A stretch of 64,000 nt of DNA from contig NMRA01000496.1 in the NCBI GenBank assembly GCA_002633005.1, positions 191,049 to 255,048 on the forward strand, read 5' to 3'. The notes below the pieces were generated by a model. It was given only the letters and a program-made list of their open reading frames with translations, ran no database searches and had not been told where the DNA came from. A program made the position numbers and the translations under genes. This DNA is from Phoronis australis (lineage: Eukaryota; Animalia; Phoronida). Of the stretch, positions 27,401-42,400 are shown in pieces; positions within the stretch are counted from its first letter, which is position 1; the number at the start of each line of letters is the position of its first letter.

Positions 27401-30400
27401 AGTATGCATTACATTGTTATATTTTTTGACAGCATGTTTGTTTCTGTTTTGCTGTGCTTCAGTTGCCTGAAGTTGATATTTTTGATGTACCGTCTTTTTC
27501 TCCTTCATTGTTTCCACTACATGCTGCAATCATGGATTTCAATTTCACAAAAAAGGAGTGTGAAAGTTACAGATTTTTATACCACATTATCAGCCTGACA
27601 TGGCCAATACAGCCATTAAATTACCCAGTTATTCAACAAGCGTGTGAATAACATTTTGGCGGGACCCTGAGGCTGGTTTCGAACCCGCTTCGCAAGAGTT
27701 TTGAGTCGTCGACTTAAGCGCTGAGCCACTCAGCAGCTGGTGTCATCGAATGTGAAAATAGAATACTTAAATGAGTACGCGCAATAATCGCATGTTCAGC
27801 AAACAGCATTGTACGGACATTTATGCGCTATGAAAAATAAGACGCACAATTTCAATAAAAACGTTATCATTCTGAGTAAAATTTATCTCTCATTTTCTCT
27901 CACTTGTAAATCATTGATTTCCAGTTTGAATGCGGGTAACTTGTTGTCAGTATGCTTTGAGTTGGGCATTATACTCAGTAACTAATGGTAACCTACTTTA
28001 GCAGACGATATTTTCACAGGTGAAGATTAGCGTGATAAAATGTGTTGTAAGCTAGACTAGTTGCGTAAAACTTATTTTATAGATTCACTTTATTTCTGTT
28101 TTGTTTAAATTTTCAATTTGTTTTGAGTAAAAACATTATTTTAACGAATGGGCCTCTGACATAGAAAGTAGTTACAAAGCTGAGGCTAGTCGAGAAAGGT
28201 AGATCGATTCTTTGCATTGTTTATCGTTTATTATGTGGTATGAATAGATTATTACATGTTGTCAGTCGTTATTCCCCTTATCTAGAGCCCTCGTGGATGT
28301 TGGAGAATTATCCAAAATCTTGGGTTCTAGATTACGGGGGATAACGACTTTGCCATGTAATATTGTATATTTACACATCTTTTTAAGATGTGTTTGCATT
28401 TTATTGTGACCTGTGGACAGGCTTCTGGTGACTAGTTGTATCTCACAAAGCCATCGAAGGATTATTGTGAAATTTTGCAAATGTGTGCCATTAGAGTGAG
28501 GTTGGTAATTATCATATGGATCAGGGCCCATTTTTGATCTCCAAACTTGAACTTAAAAATTATACTGTGCTTGTGTTACTGGGGTTGATGTGGATGAATG
28601 AGTTATCTAAGTTTACACAAGATGACTCAAGCTACAAATTAGACTCTGAACTCGAAATCAGGACATTTAATGTGAGTGCAATGGTTTAGAAGTTCATCTG
28701 TGTAAATCATATACTCCAGAACGCTATCATACGCTTAAAAATCAAATGAAATTCGGCCATATTATTGACATCATTATTTTGCTATGAATGTGCCTTTCTC
28801 TGTTTGCCTATTTTAGAAATAAAAAGCTATGTTCATGTGATCCAATCAATTGACAGATTGCCGTCCACAACCTTTCTGCTTTCAAAAAACTTTTACATAG
28901 TTAATTTCTATAGTTTTGTAGATATCAAAAGAAGGGCATCAAATTAGGCTCTGGTTAAATATTTTTTTGTGGTCAATTGAATGAGAGTGAAGATAATTAC
29001 TTGATACATGTTCTCATGCTCACTTTTTATATTCCAGGCTATTGTGCCACTGTGTGAAGGTCTTGATACCTTCTCTGTGTTAAATACATTGAAGAAGTGT
29101 GACGAGTCTTTGGTTGTGAGGGAGAATGAACTGGGCACAACCCACATCAGGTAACGCCATTGCAGTTGCTCGCACTCAGTGTCTGCTAACAGACGTTACA
29201 TCAAATCCCCTCAACTTTGGGGAAAAATGATAATCATTATTGTTTCTTTTATGTGCCTACATAATTTGCATGTGGTCGCATGTTGCTGTCATCTGGGTAC
29301 ATAGCTAAAATAGGAGACTGAAGTTGCAATCTTTGTACATCACCTTGAATTTCATACAACGGGCTTCTAGAGGATGACAGCAATTTTTCATTTGCTTAAA
29401 GCGCATGATGTCAAGTCACATATATGCTGTAAGATGACATTTTTAGAAACAGTCAAACAATAGTCCCTTGTGCCAATCATTGCGAATGAAGTACCTCTTG
29501 GTTCAGCCTGGTGTCAATGAGAATTAATATTGTCACGTGGTCAGCACCTCTTTCAGTTCGTACTTCCACGTAGCAGTTTTTTTGTAAACTCTAGTCTCCC
29601 ATAATGCCCATACAGAACTGTAGTGTGCCCTGAACGAATATGTTACTGTATTGATGGAGACAACATAAAGTACTGGTTACTTTAAGTTATAGAAAACTGA
29701 AATGAAATGGCAATTTCAATCATTGCACCTTTGTCTGGATTCTTAACTTTCTGTGTTTACTTCGTGCATGTTCATGAACTAATTACTGCCTTTTCCAGCA
29801 TCCCTCGCTTCAAGCAGCGGTTAGCCTTCATCAGTCCGCAGTATGGCAACCTTCATGCCCTTCTTGATGCTGCAAAACTTGCTGACAGCCTCCTGTTTGT
29901 GCTGTCGCCGGGGAGGGGCATTGACGACTATGGGGACTACTGCCTGTCGTGTCTTTGTGCTCAAGGTCTACCTGCTTCAATACCTGTCGTACAGGTAATT
30001 ACATTGTAATGTGTGTTGCAATTAGGTCACTGCATATCTGTATCTGAGTTCAACAAGCAAGTGTATGGCATTGGATTGAAAGCTGTGTGGATTAGATGCC
30101 TACATCATATTTTGACTTCGGGTTAAAATTGATTACTCAAAAATACTAAGAATTTTGAAAATTTATTAAGCTGCTCCCTCTGCCTGGGCTGGTGAAACAT
30201 GCTTGTATAAGAAACAATTCTGGTAACAATTTTGGAAAAGAATTCATTACCAGTAGGGGTTTTCCAGTGTCAAATGTGAATTCCTTGTCAGGATTGACAA
30301 TACTTGAAATAAATGTTTGTTTTAATTACTGGTGATTGTTTGTTTAGGGTCTCAAAAATGTCCCATTGAAGAAGCAAGGGGAGGTGAAGAAATTTTTGCA

Positions 30401-33400
30401 AAAAGTTCTAGAGAAGAGACTATCTATGGACAAAGACAAACTCTACTGTCTGGACACTTCACCAGAGGCTTTGAATGTTTTACGACAGATCAGTACTCAA
30501 AAGTTGAAGGATTTGTCTCTGAAGAAGCATCGAACGCACCTGATTGCTGAGTGTGTGTCATTTGAGGCTTCTGAGCCCCAGGTTTGCAACATTTTTGTCT
30601 ACTATTCAATTCTGTAGAGCTTGTTGAATATGTATTTTGGCAAAATTCTCCGGTTAATAATTTAACTAAGCTGAAGTTCTAGACAGCTTACAATGGTGGG
30701 CAATTCAAGTCACATCGGCCAGTGTTGCTCAGACAGTTTTTCTACTATCTTGAGTGCAAATATTACCTCCGTGTTTTTTATTGGGATGTGATGTCCAACT
30801 TGACTTTTGAATTCTTCCCCATTTTTGCAGTCAGTCACTGGCACCCTCAAAGTTACCGGATACCTGCGAGGGTCGCCATTAGATGTAAACAGTCTGGTAC
30901 ACCTACCCGGCTGGGGTGACTTCCAGTTGTCGAGAATTGAGGCCCTGGATGACCCGTACAGGATGGGTGTGGAGAAGAGATGGGCGAGTGATGTGGTAAT
31001 GTGCATGTCAGCAGTGTTTTGACACAAGTTTGTGTGCTTGTAAAGTAATATCTTGATGACTCATTCAGCTATTGAGTCTTGAGGAACTTGTTGAAATAAA
31101 ATAATTTACACTTGTTACTGAACTACTTTTGAATCGTGGACCTTTATCAACCATGCATGGACCTCTGTCAACCATGCATGGACCTCTACCAACCATGAAT
31201 TGACCTGTATCAACCATACATGGACCTCTATCAACCATGAATGGACTTCTGTCAGCCATGAATGGACCTCTATCAACCATGAGTGGACCTCTATCAACCA
31301 TGCATGGACCTTTATCAACCATGTATGGACCTCTGTCAACCATGAATGGACCTCTATCAACCATGCATGGACCTCTATCAACCATGAATTGACCTGTATC
31401 AACTATACATGGATCGATCAACCATGAATACACTTCTGTCAACCATGAATGGACCTCTATCAACCATGAGTGGACCTCTATCAACCATGCATGGACCTCT
31501 ATGAACCTTGCATGGACCTCTATCAACTCTGCATGATAAGCTGTAGATTGCTTTTTCTTCCATCATAAGTTATTTTTCAAAAGCTTGCTACTTTGTGGCA
31601 AGTGGTCAAAATTTTACGATGCAAAATTTTATAAAATGTTGATTGACAACTTTACCAAAATTAAAGAAAATTAAAACTCCCCTGTGTTAAAGGTTATTTT
31701 TATCAACAACTGTGATAATATAACCTTCTAATTGCTAGATATACATTGTATTGTGTTCCCAACTGAAGAATGTTTGTCGTGAATAAATTACCATCTTTGA
31801 CCTATATCACCTATCATTTCATGCAGTACTAACTTGCTAAGTTGATGACATCTTGTTGTTTTTTTGGAAACAAACACCATGATGATTGATACTTGATACA
31901 TATGTACTTTTCATTACAAAATGACTTGGACAATAAGGTGACGTTGGAAGCCTCATTACCCTGCATAACATTGTGGAAACTTGAGTCCATTCAAACATTT
32001 CAATCTAATCTTTCCAGAATACTGTACATGATTGGATGTCAGGCCTATTACCTGTTTTGTGAACAAACCTTTTGAAAAATATCTATAACGCCATTTTGTC
32101 AACTCCATAAAACAGTTTCTAAACAATATTGCACTGAAACAATATCTCTAAAAGTAAAATTAAACCTGCCTTTGCCTTGTCAGCATTTAGCCCACAGTTA
32201 AGATGGTCTAATTTTTTGTCAAACCTGTTTCCAGGAAATGTCCGAAAGTGGTCCCCGGTTGCTTCAAGTATCTGATCCTAGTCTACAAGAGTCGCTACAA
32301 AGTGAGGTTATTCCTGACCCTATGGAAGGGGAACAAACCTGGCCAACAGAGGAAGAGCTTGCTGAGGCTGAAGGTATATATAAATATTGTCACAGTGCTT
32401 GTCCATCTTATCGTTATTGAATCTATTCTTTAAAGCCACCTCCAGCGTCATCTTTGAATTTTTTTTAGATATGTGTTTTGCGAAAGTTTTAGAAATTTTT
32501 GTACGAAGTGTTTGTGGTATTTTACAAGATGTAGACCATGCAAAGTAAAACAATTTCTTGTGCAGTTTGATCAGTCTCCTCAAACTTGGCTGGTCATAGT
32601 TTGAGTTGTGCATCTCTCTCATTACCTATGCGAATATTGCATGGGGCTGTAACAGTGGCCTATTGTGTTAACTTTGTTAGAATAGTGTACGCATTGTTGA
32701 GTTATGGGTCCATAAGTCTTGTGACTCTTTACATTTTAGTGGTATTTTTTATTGTAAAATCTATGAAAACACAACAAGCGCATACTTTTATGCGCCCACA
32801 TAGTGGGTGCATATAACTTTTAGCTCTGTCTGCGTGTCCGAGCGTCCGCAGCTGTGTCTCCTAAACCCCTTTCAGGCTCTTAATGAGGTTTGGCAGGTGT
32901 GTTCCTATGAAGCTGACAACGGATGACGATGATGTTCAGACCAAACCGAATACCGCTATGCCCCCTAGTGGCAATTTTTTACGGTTGCCTCTGTATCTTC
33001 ATAGTTCTGGGATGGATTTTCATGAAAATTGGCATATAGGTTTCTGTTATGAAGGCGACGACCTTTACATTTTAGGATGTCTTTGGGGATTCTGCACCAC
33101 CTAGTGATCGTTTTTTAAATTTTCGACTTCGTTTTTCTTTACATCTGCCTTTCTATCTGCCAAACCGCTGGAAGTAACATTAATTTAGGGATATTGGCAG
33201 TTGTGTTTCTGATGAGAAGACCGCAATTGATGTTGATTTTCGGGCATGTTTGTCTACTCCCGTGCCCCTAGTTCAGATTTTGTTCCACGCCTGTATCTCC
33301 TTAGCCCTTTGATGTAACTTTGTGAAATTTGGCTGATATTCCTTGCCAAATGTTGTGTGGATTTTGCAAGCTATTGTTTAACTTACGAGATCCATGTGAG

Positions 33401-36400
33401 AGGCGTAAGCGCGTCGCATGGTTATCGCTTATGAGACACTACCATTGTTTTCCTTTGCTGCGTCTTTGTTGGATATACCAATACAGGTCGCACGGATATT
33501 GTATCTTGGGCGCACATCGGCTGGTTACCGATGAATGCTTACCATTATCTTTATTATAAGAAAGAAAAACAAAATGAACAATAGATATGCCTATCTGCCG
33601 ATATCTATGTGACGAGCTTGCGCCCTAGATTCCCATGGGATGTTTCTACAGGCAGTTGATTGGGATTAGTTACAGTCCAATACGACAATTTCTGTGCCCC
33701 CTAGTGGCATTTCTTATGTTCTCTTGTCTATCTTCAAAGTTCATTGATGGATTTTCCTGAAACTTGGCAAATAGGTTTCTGTTAAGGTGATGCCCGTCCA
33801 TTTTTGGAGAGATTTTCTGATGAGAAGACCACGGCTAGCGTTAATATTCAGACGGGCTGCACTACTTTGGTGCCCCCTAGTGGCATTTTTTCGGCGGTGT
33901 CTCAACCTTTTTAAGATCTTTGTGAAATTTAGCGGACGTGTTCCTATGGAGTTGACAACATTTTGTGACGCATTTCAGACCCATTCGACTATCACTGTGG
34001 CCCCTAGTGGCAGTTTTAGCTGTTTATGTTTGCCTCTGTATTTTGATGTTCATTGATTGATTTTTGTGAAATTTGGCAAATAGGAGATTAAGTAGATGAT
34101 GATAGTCTTCCATTTTCGCAAGGATTTTGATGTATTGTTGCATCACCTGGCTGTTTTTATTTTCGAGTGCATTTTTTGTTCCTGATAAGAAGACGTTGAT
34201 TTGTGGACAGACTGTGGCGCTTTCTGGTGGTGATTTTTGTCTTTTTTGCTTCCTCAGCTGTATTTCATTAGTCCTTTGAAGGATCTTTGCGAAATTTTGC
34301 TAACATTTGTTTTATATTATGTGACTATGGCTACCTATGACTTTTGGACAGTTCTGACTAGTGTCCATTTTTTGACACTAATAAACACCCCTAGAAGCAC
34401 ACTGTTTACGTTGCTGTCGTGGGTGCATTTCAACGCTCTACATTGCTCTTGTTTTATCTTTTGGCTGTCATTGTTTCATTTTTGTTTTTAGCTGATGCAA
34501 AATCACAGAATGTTGTTAAGCGCGTGCCCAAGGGTACGTCTGACTATCAGGCAGCGTGGATTATGAACAGTGATGATGAAGGTCAACAGGAGGTGAGGGA
34601 AATGCTGGGAATTTCCAGAGGGGAATTCTGGGAAGTCAGTGAGGGGAATGCTGGGAAGTTAGAAGGTGTAATGGTGAGGGAATAGTGAGGGAAATTTTGA
34701 GACGTTTGTGGACTGTGGTGAGAAGTCACTGAAGAGAATGAAGGTAAATTTGATGGTTTGCTTCTAAGGGCTGCAGAATAGTAGAGTGATCAAAGTAGCA
34801 TGAAATTTGCTGAAAAATTTGACCTTCGAATACTAGAAACTTAATTCTTGTTAAGTTTTGAGCTCACATGCCACCATTATGTCTTTGATTGAGGTCACGT
34901 AGAGCTGAAAAGCAACGTATCGTGGAAATTGACGGCATTTTATGAGTCCATTGAAAAATTTGTATGAGATAAAATACAAAAGTTATTGAAGGCAGACATA
35001 GCCTTTTGTCCTTGCTTTTGATGCTCACTATCACAAGGTAATGTCATGTTTGTGTGTCTGAAAATACCACATCTGGTTACATGCGCAGGTAACCTGACTG
35101 GTTCTACGTAAGATAATGTGCAAGTGTTGGCTTACAAAGTAAGTCTGAATTTGACTGATTAAAAAAACCTTTGTCTATTAACACTTGTATTTTGGGATGA
35201 AACCAATCATGGATATTGCATGTATATGTAATTAGTATCAGAGTCATTTAATTGCCATTGACATAAATCTAGGGATAAAAGGAGAAATCGTTTGAAATAT
35301 TTCACTTATCACATTGTTGCCTCGTATTGATCCCTTGCCCCATATGTTCAGGACATATTTACTGAAATTTGTGGACGAAAGTTCTATTTGTTTCCTGGAA
35401 TTTATCTTCATGGACTGTCTGCATCTAGGGCAGTGACGATGAAGATGATGATGATGATGATATGTCGGGTATTGATGACGATGATGATGCTGATAACGAT
35501 GACTCGAACAGTGGCAGTGATGGAGAAAGTGAAAATGGAGAGGAGGAAGAATTTGATAAGGTGAGTAGAGCGCTATTGTACTGAGGTGTGGAAAGGGTTG
35601 TAATGTGAGTATTCAGAGCTCTGTTGTACTGGGGTGTATAATATGTGGAGAGGGTTGTAATGTGAGTATTCAGAGCTCTGTTGTACTGGGGTGTGTATGT
35701 GTAAAGGGTTTTAATGTGAGTAGAGCTCTTTTGTAATGGGGTGTATAGTATGTGGAGAGGGTTGTAATGTGAGTAGAGCTCTGTTGTACTGGGGTGTATA
35801 TGTGGAAAGGGTTTTAATGTGAGTAGTCAGAGCTCTGTTGTACTGGGGTGTATATGTGGAAAGGGTTTTAATGTGAGTAAAACACAGTCAATAATCTGTC
35901 TTGCAATTTGGCTTAAGTTTCTGTGCAGTACATTCAAGGCCAGTTTACCCAATATACAAAATAAGCAACAGCCAGGAGCCTCCCCAACACTAGATGAGTG
36001 CTGTCTGCAGTGACAAAGCCTTGTCAGCGTTCGATGCTTAGGTTAATGCCAAGTTACATTTGGTGACCTGGCAAAAATCCCTGGTCGCCAAACAAAATTT
36101 GAGGTCGCTGATCTGGTGGAAAAATCGTTGGCTATAAAAAATACGCTCAAACCATGCCCGCCCGTCTCAGAATTGTACGCGTACCTCTCCACTTCCTCCC
36201 TGTTAATGTACATTCATTCATTCTCTGACTCAATTTTCACCGCCAGCAAACAAACATGGAATGTAGATGATTGATCACATACACTGGTAGCGCGTATTTC
36301 ACCGATCTTGCCTGGTTTTTTCGACGTCCGTCTGTTTGCTTCCTCTTGTAATTTAAGTGTGGTGCCAGCATGTGCTGACTTTATGAAATAAGTGAAACAA

Positions 36401-39400
36401 TAATAAAAGGTAGTAAATGTAGGAAAATGTATTTAGGTTGAATTATTGTCTGACTTTGATGGTCACAGTGGGGATTTCGTGGCGAATTGAGATTTTCCCA
36501 GGAAACCTAACACAATCTGAGATCGCATTGGCCAAATCGAGCGCTGTTTGTCAAATCTAGCTGAGGAACTCCTTAATGTTAGCAGCTACCACCAGCATGT
36601 TACATTATGAAAATCTGTGTCCAATGGGGTGTGTTGTCCTAAACATTTAATGTAGTTTACCTAGTTCTAAAAGGATTAGTTTGTTTCGCAAAGGATTTTT
36701 CTGTTCATGTACTAAGGGTGTGTGTTGTCGTCTCTGTGTTAGGTAACCGTTACATGGGGAGATGATGAAAAGTATGACGCCGCTATTGATATGGATGAGG
36801 AAGAAAGAGCGTGAGTCAAGCATTGCACTTTGTTTATATACATTAACACTAGAGTTTGCAAAGGTTACATGGTCTAGCTGGTAATGTTCCATTGTGTAAA
36901 TAATTCAAGCCAAGCCTCAGGAGAACTTGCGTAAGACAAAGTTGCGCAGTGTGATTGTTTTACTGACTACTTTGTTAAGAAAGCTCCACGTGTAAATTGA
37001 GGTTCTTAAAGTTGGATTTTCACCCAACGTGGATAAAACATGCGGATTATTTTTAACGTGCTGGGGAAAACGGACAAAACGTAATTTTGATCCTGAGGTT
37101 AGGGAGTTGTGCGTCTCCATGCATATGACCTTTGAGAACGAATGCTATAACGATTTGCTTTAACCACCAACTCAGTTTCTGTTATCCATTTCGTACTTGG
37201 TTTCGTATCAGTTTCCCGGCACATGATGCTTACAGACTATGTGTATAACAATGAACTGATTAACCTACTCTTAAGTAGGTCAAACATCAGAAACAGTTCA
37301 TCCCACCTCTTGGCTGGGGATGGTACATTGTAACGATAATTAAGTTAATTACGCCCTGCAAATTCAGTTGACATGGCGAGTGAATGTTCAAATAGCTAAC
37401 ATGGTTAAGGCATGTATAGATTATATGTACCGAAAACAATTAACGAATTAATTTGAACTTAGGAATACAAGTTCTTAAAAATGGTTCAGCGGATTTCGCT
37501 GAAACTTTTCAAACTTAATATTTATTCATCAATCTCAAAAACACTGTTAGAATTTTCAATATAAAGACCTAGTTTTTGAGTAATGTAACAAAGATGAATA
37601 CGACTTATATTTTAAAAAAATACCTTATGTTTTGCGGGTTGATTTGTCATAAAAACCAAATGAAAAGACTAATCAAAAATTTCTAACAGCATTTTTGAGG
37701 TAACTAGTGAAATTTTCATTTAAAAAAGGTTTCATTAAAATCGACTGGGGGAGGTTATTTTGCTATGAATGTATCTTTCTTGAAAATGAAATTTAGACTT
37801 AAAAAAACTGATATCGTAATAATAATGGTATACAATCCCTGATCTTCTTCCTTTCAGAAAATATGTACTTTTACTATTTGACAAGCTTATTTTTTGATAT
37901 ACGAGTTAGAATGGAGGTCACTAAATAAGGTTTGCGATAACCTTAAATCACAAAACTCTTGTTGGCTGTCTCCAAATAATATACTTTGCTTATGTTACTT
38001 TTATGTAATTTACTCCATCATGTGTTGCTGGCCTACCTATTTCTTTTGAATATGAGTTTGATTAAGGTTCAGATAGATGAATAGATGTGGTTGTCTCATA
38101 ATGCAAAGAGAATTAATTCAACATGGTTGTGTAATATTTGATAAAGTGGTGTTATTGCGATAGCTGTCCGTCATATCCTGGCCTTACTGGTCATTGTGTT
38201 TCTGGTGGTTTTCAGCCTTGAGAAGTATAGAGAAGCCAGGTCACATCAACTGTTCCCTGACGAAGTGGATACGCCCACAGCTGTCCCAGCTAGGACCAGG
38301 TTTCAGAGGTCTGCTTTCTTCTTGCCTTCTGTTTATGAACAGATTAACAACTTCAGAATCTTAACAGACTGCAGTGGCATAGCTAGGGGGTGCAGGGCGC
38401 TGACCTCCTTGGGGGGATCCCAAGAGAAAGCAACATGATGGGGTGGAGGGTGGCTGGAATATAAAGTTTCTGACAATGGGGGAGTGTAAAATTGGTGGCG
38501 CCGGCAGTGAGACCATAATTATCTGCTCTGGGGGTTAATAGCCTTAGGTGCACCACTGAGAGACTAACAGTGGTGTGGAATACTTAAATGAATTGTATCA
38601 CGAGACTTAAGGTATTTAATAGACAGCAAGTTTTCTCTATGTTTATGTAACTACACTGTAAATATTTTGTCTTGTGCTGCAGATAAGGCAGAAGTTAGTG
38701 TAAATATAATACTCCTGGCACATGTGAACAGTGCTGCTACATTTTGCAGATGTCTTCTCAAAACAACGGTTATAACTGCAGGGATAGCTAACTCACCAAT
38801 TTCATCTGTCCCTGAAGATTCTGATGGTATATGCAGTGTATAACAATATCATTTAGAGCATGCACAAAGCATGTATAATCCTTGGTTAAACAGGAGAGGA
38901 AGCAGTGTGGCCCAGTTTGATAGGTGCTTGCTTCCTACTGTGGCACTCTGCTAGATGCTTGAGTCAGGTCTCTAGCTCCACAGCTTGATTTTGAATTATT
39001 GATAAAGCACAAAAATGGTTCCAGGTGACCAGTGCAATGGACCAACATGCGCGGCCAGCGCACCTCTGGTACAGTGTGTACCAGACCACTTGCAAATATT
39101 TTTTATGTGTTAAGTAAACTTTCCGCGACCTGGTAACAGCATATCAGGTGGAGAAAATTTACTGAAGGCAGTGGCACTGGAGCATGTTTGCTGAACATAT
39201 GATTATCATATGATTAGCATACTTATATGTCCTTTGCTTCCTGCTTTAGGTTCCGAGGCCTGAAGAGTTTCCGTACATCTCCATGGGATCCGAAGGAGAA
39301 CTTACCGTCGGATTACGCCCGGATTTTTCAATTTGAAAACTTCAAGAGAACAAAAAAGCGTATTCTCGCAGAAGAAAGAGATGGTGTCCAGGTGATTGTA

Positions 39401-42400
39401 GTGTATTTGACTGATCCTTTATTCTTTCAATCCTTGACTGAAATTTTGTAAATAACTTAATGAATTCTTTGTTTTACCTTGATTCAAAATCCATTGTTGT
39501 CAATCCTTGTTCTTTTCTGTTGTTTCGTCAAGTCCTGGTCGGTTCACATATTTGAATATGCTAATAACCTTGGGCAAATTTGTCTCTGGTTTCATCCTAA
39601 TGTTCACTATAATGTGACCAAAACATTAACACTTCAAGTTTTTGGTGCTCCTTGAAAACAAACTGTCTAATTTGTAAGCTATGAATATGCTCAGGATTGT
39701 CTATTACAACTGAAATACAGTGTGTGATTTTTTTTACTTTTGTTCATTTGGCTATTTTATTGTCACTTTCTTTTTACAGCCTGGATGGTATGTCACGCTA
39801 CATGTTTCTGATGTACCGAAATCATTCATCGGTGAGTTACGCAGAATTATCCAAATATCAGAAGCTTTTAAATCATAATTTCTGTAGTGGTTATGAGATT
39901 GTTGAATTAAGCCTGCAGACAGACTTGAATCAGCAAAACTAGTGTCATGTTGATTTTACAAAAGATATCTTAATAATCTAACAGGAAAGTCTGTTGGCCA
40001 ATTTTCAGTGGATTGTTCATCTGTCTTTGTTTCAGAATTTGTTTATATATACTGATGGAACTGAGTGGTTACGTTACAGACAACACTTAATTTTTAGTTA
40101 AGTGTTTTGAATATGCATTTACTATAATAATTGATATCACACTAATAGTCTTCTTTTTCATACCTAGACTCACAATCACAAAGCCATCCCATGGTTCTGT
40201 TTGGCCTTCTGCCTCATGAACAGAAGTTGTCGGTGGTGCATTTCTTGTTGAAGCGTCACCCCGGTAACGAGGAGCCAATCAAATCCAAGGAGCGACTCAT
40301 CTTCCATGTCGGCTACAGGCGATTTACAGCCTGCCCGATATTTTCTCAACACACAAATGCCGATAAATTTAAGGTGACTAGTGACAATGATGCTGCTCTT
40401 CTTTTCAATCTGGATATTTGATGGAACTTACTAAACAGTTATGAAGACAGATATGTCTTTTCTAGACACTTACAGGAGTCCTGGATTTTGAGAACCAGTT
40501 TGATGCACATTATTTAGTGGAGAAAACAGGTTCTCAAATTGTGAACCACCTTTAAGTGACTATGCGTCTTAAGTTTTCCATCACGTGGTAATATCTCCGC
40601 TGTTAATGTATTCTATCCTGTCCTCAGGGTAATCCAAATGTTGACTTTGGGTCACAATACTGAGCGAATATAGAATTTTGACTTTGGATCACAATACTGA
40701 GTGAAATGTAGAAATAATTGTTGTCATTTATAGCACTTCTTATATCTTTATTTCAGTTTGAGCGCTTTGCACCAACAGATGGCGTATTTGTGGCCACAGT
40801 CTATGCACCAATCATATTTCCTCCTGCTTCTGTTCTAGTTTTTAAAGAGAATACATCAGGTATCAACATCTTGTTTTACAAACTAACTTTACATGTTTTA
40901 NCTTCCATCACAACAACATCTTAAAGTGACCATTAACACACCTTCCATCACAACAACATCTTAAAGTGACCATTAACCCACCTTCCATCACAACAACATC
41001 TTAAAGTGACCATAAATCCACCTTCCATCACAACTACATCTTAAAGTGACCATAAATCCACCTTCCATCACAAATACTACCATTACTGGTCTCAAATTGT
41101 TCATAAGTCAAATTAGAGGTTACTGTATTTCTGGTCTTGGAAAAACTGGTTGTTGGTTATTGGTTGAGACCAGATCCTACTGTTGGCTTGTCATGGCAGG
41201 TAATTTATGCATTGAACGTGGTCTTGAGCAATAACAAACTGATGTTTTTTTCCCACCACCTGAAACCACGTGTCATCTGAATTAGGAACAAGTTTAAATT
41301 AGCTTTATAGACCCTATTCACGCCGACAGGAGGCGCGTTCCAAAACGAGGCGCTCGCTACGATAGCTCTGGTGGCTTATCCGCGTAGTTGTACTCCGCGT
41401 TGCTCGAACAGCTAGAAAAAATATGGAAACTCTGTTTTACAATCCCTAAAGACGTTGGGATTCGGAAGCGTTGGGTCCTTGCCATACGCTGCGACGAAGG
41501 AAAATATGTCCGTGTAAAATTTATAATTGTTTTCGAATCATAATTTGTCGCATCTCGGATTGGATGCCGCCATAGCAACGAGGACCGGAGAATCTTCGGC
41601 CAGCCAGGCTGTGTTTTCATGACTATGGCCGGGTTGAAGCGCGATGCATTTTTCTTTACAAAAAGGACAGGGCCCTCAATAACTCAATTTTGGGGCCAAA
41701 TATCGGCCCTATTCCCCTCTCAAAAATATTTAAAAATCACGCGAAATTCCCCGTCTCCGCGAGGCCTAAAATTCCCCTTTGTGATTGAAAATTTCTCTCC
41801 AACGGTTCAAATCACCTGTGACCACAGTGGTGACAATTCGAAAAAAGTACAAAATCATAAGCGGATTTAGGGGGGGGGGCAGCGGCCCGCCCCCCTTCAC
41901 TGCCGCATAAAAAATAAACCAGCAAAACGTGAGTGAACTGAGCAGGAGGAAACTTGTACTCAGTGAGTTTGAGCTAGGACCGGTAGCGGACGAGGAGAGA
42001 AAACACGTTTCGTTTTATTTTTTTTAGATTTCCTGAGCAGAAGGTATACATCCTCGGCGCCGGCAAATTCGGGCCGCCTGCGTGCATACAATCGCGCTTT
42101 GCCCGCTTCTCTGATGATGTCGGGCTCCCCCCTCACTATGGTAGCCTAGATCAGCCACTGAAAATGCTACTTGAGACAGAGCTATGAGAGCTTGCAAAAA
42201 GGCGGGGTGCTATTGATGGTGATCGGTAGGTCAGTAGAGTTTTCACTGACCCGTCACTCGGCGAAACGTTCCCCTCTCAGAAGGCCGCACACACATGAGG
42301 CACCTTTTCCCTCGGATATGAACGAGGCCTCTGAAGAAACACGATAACTATGCTTGTTCCAGGGGGATCCAGGACTTTGAGTTAGGGGGGGGGCTGGGGC

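Noticed and set aside
31065-31526. Repetitive ORFs (IEVHAW / VDRGP repeats)
   Set aside because: Translations of a 21-bp intronic minisatellite.
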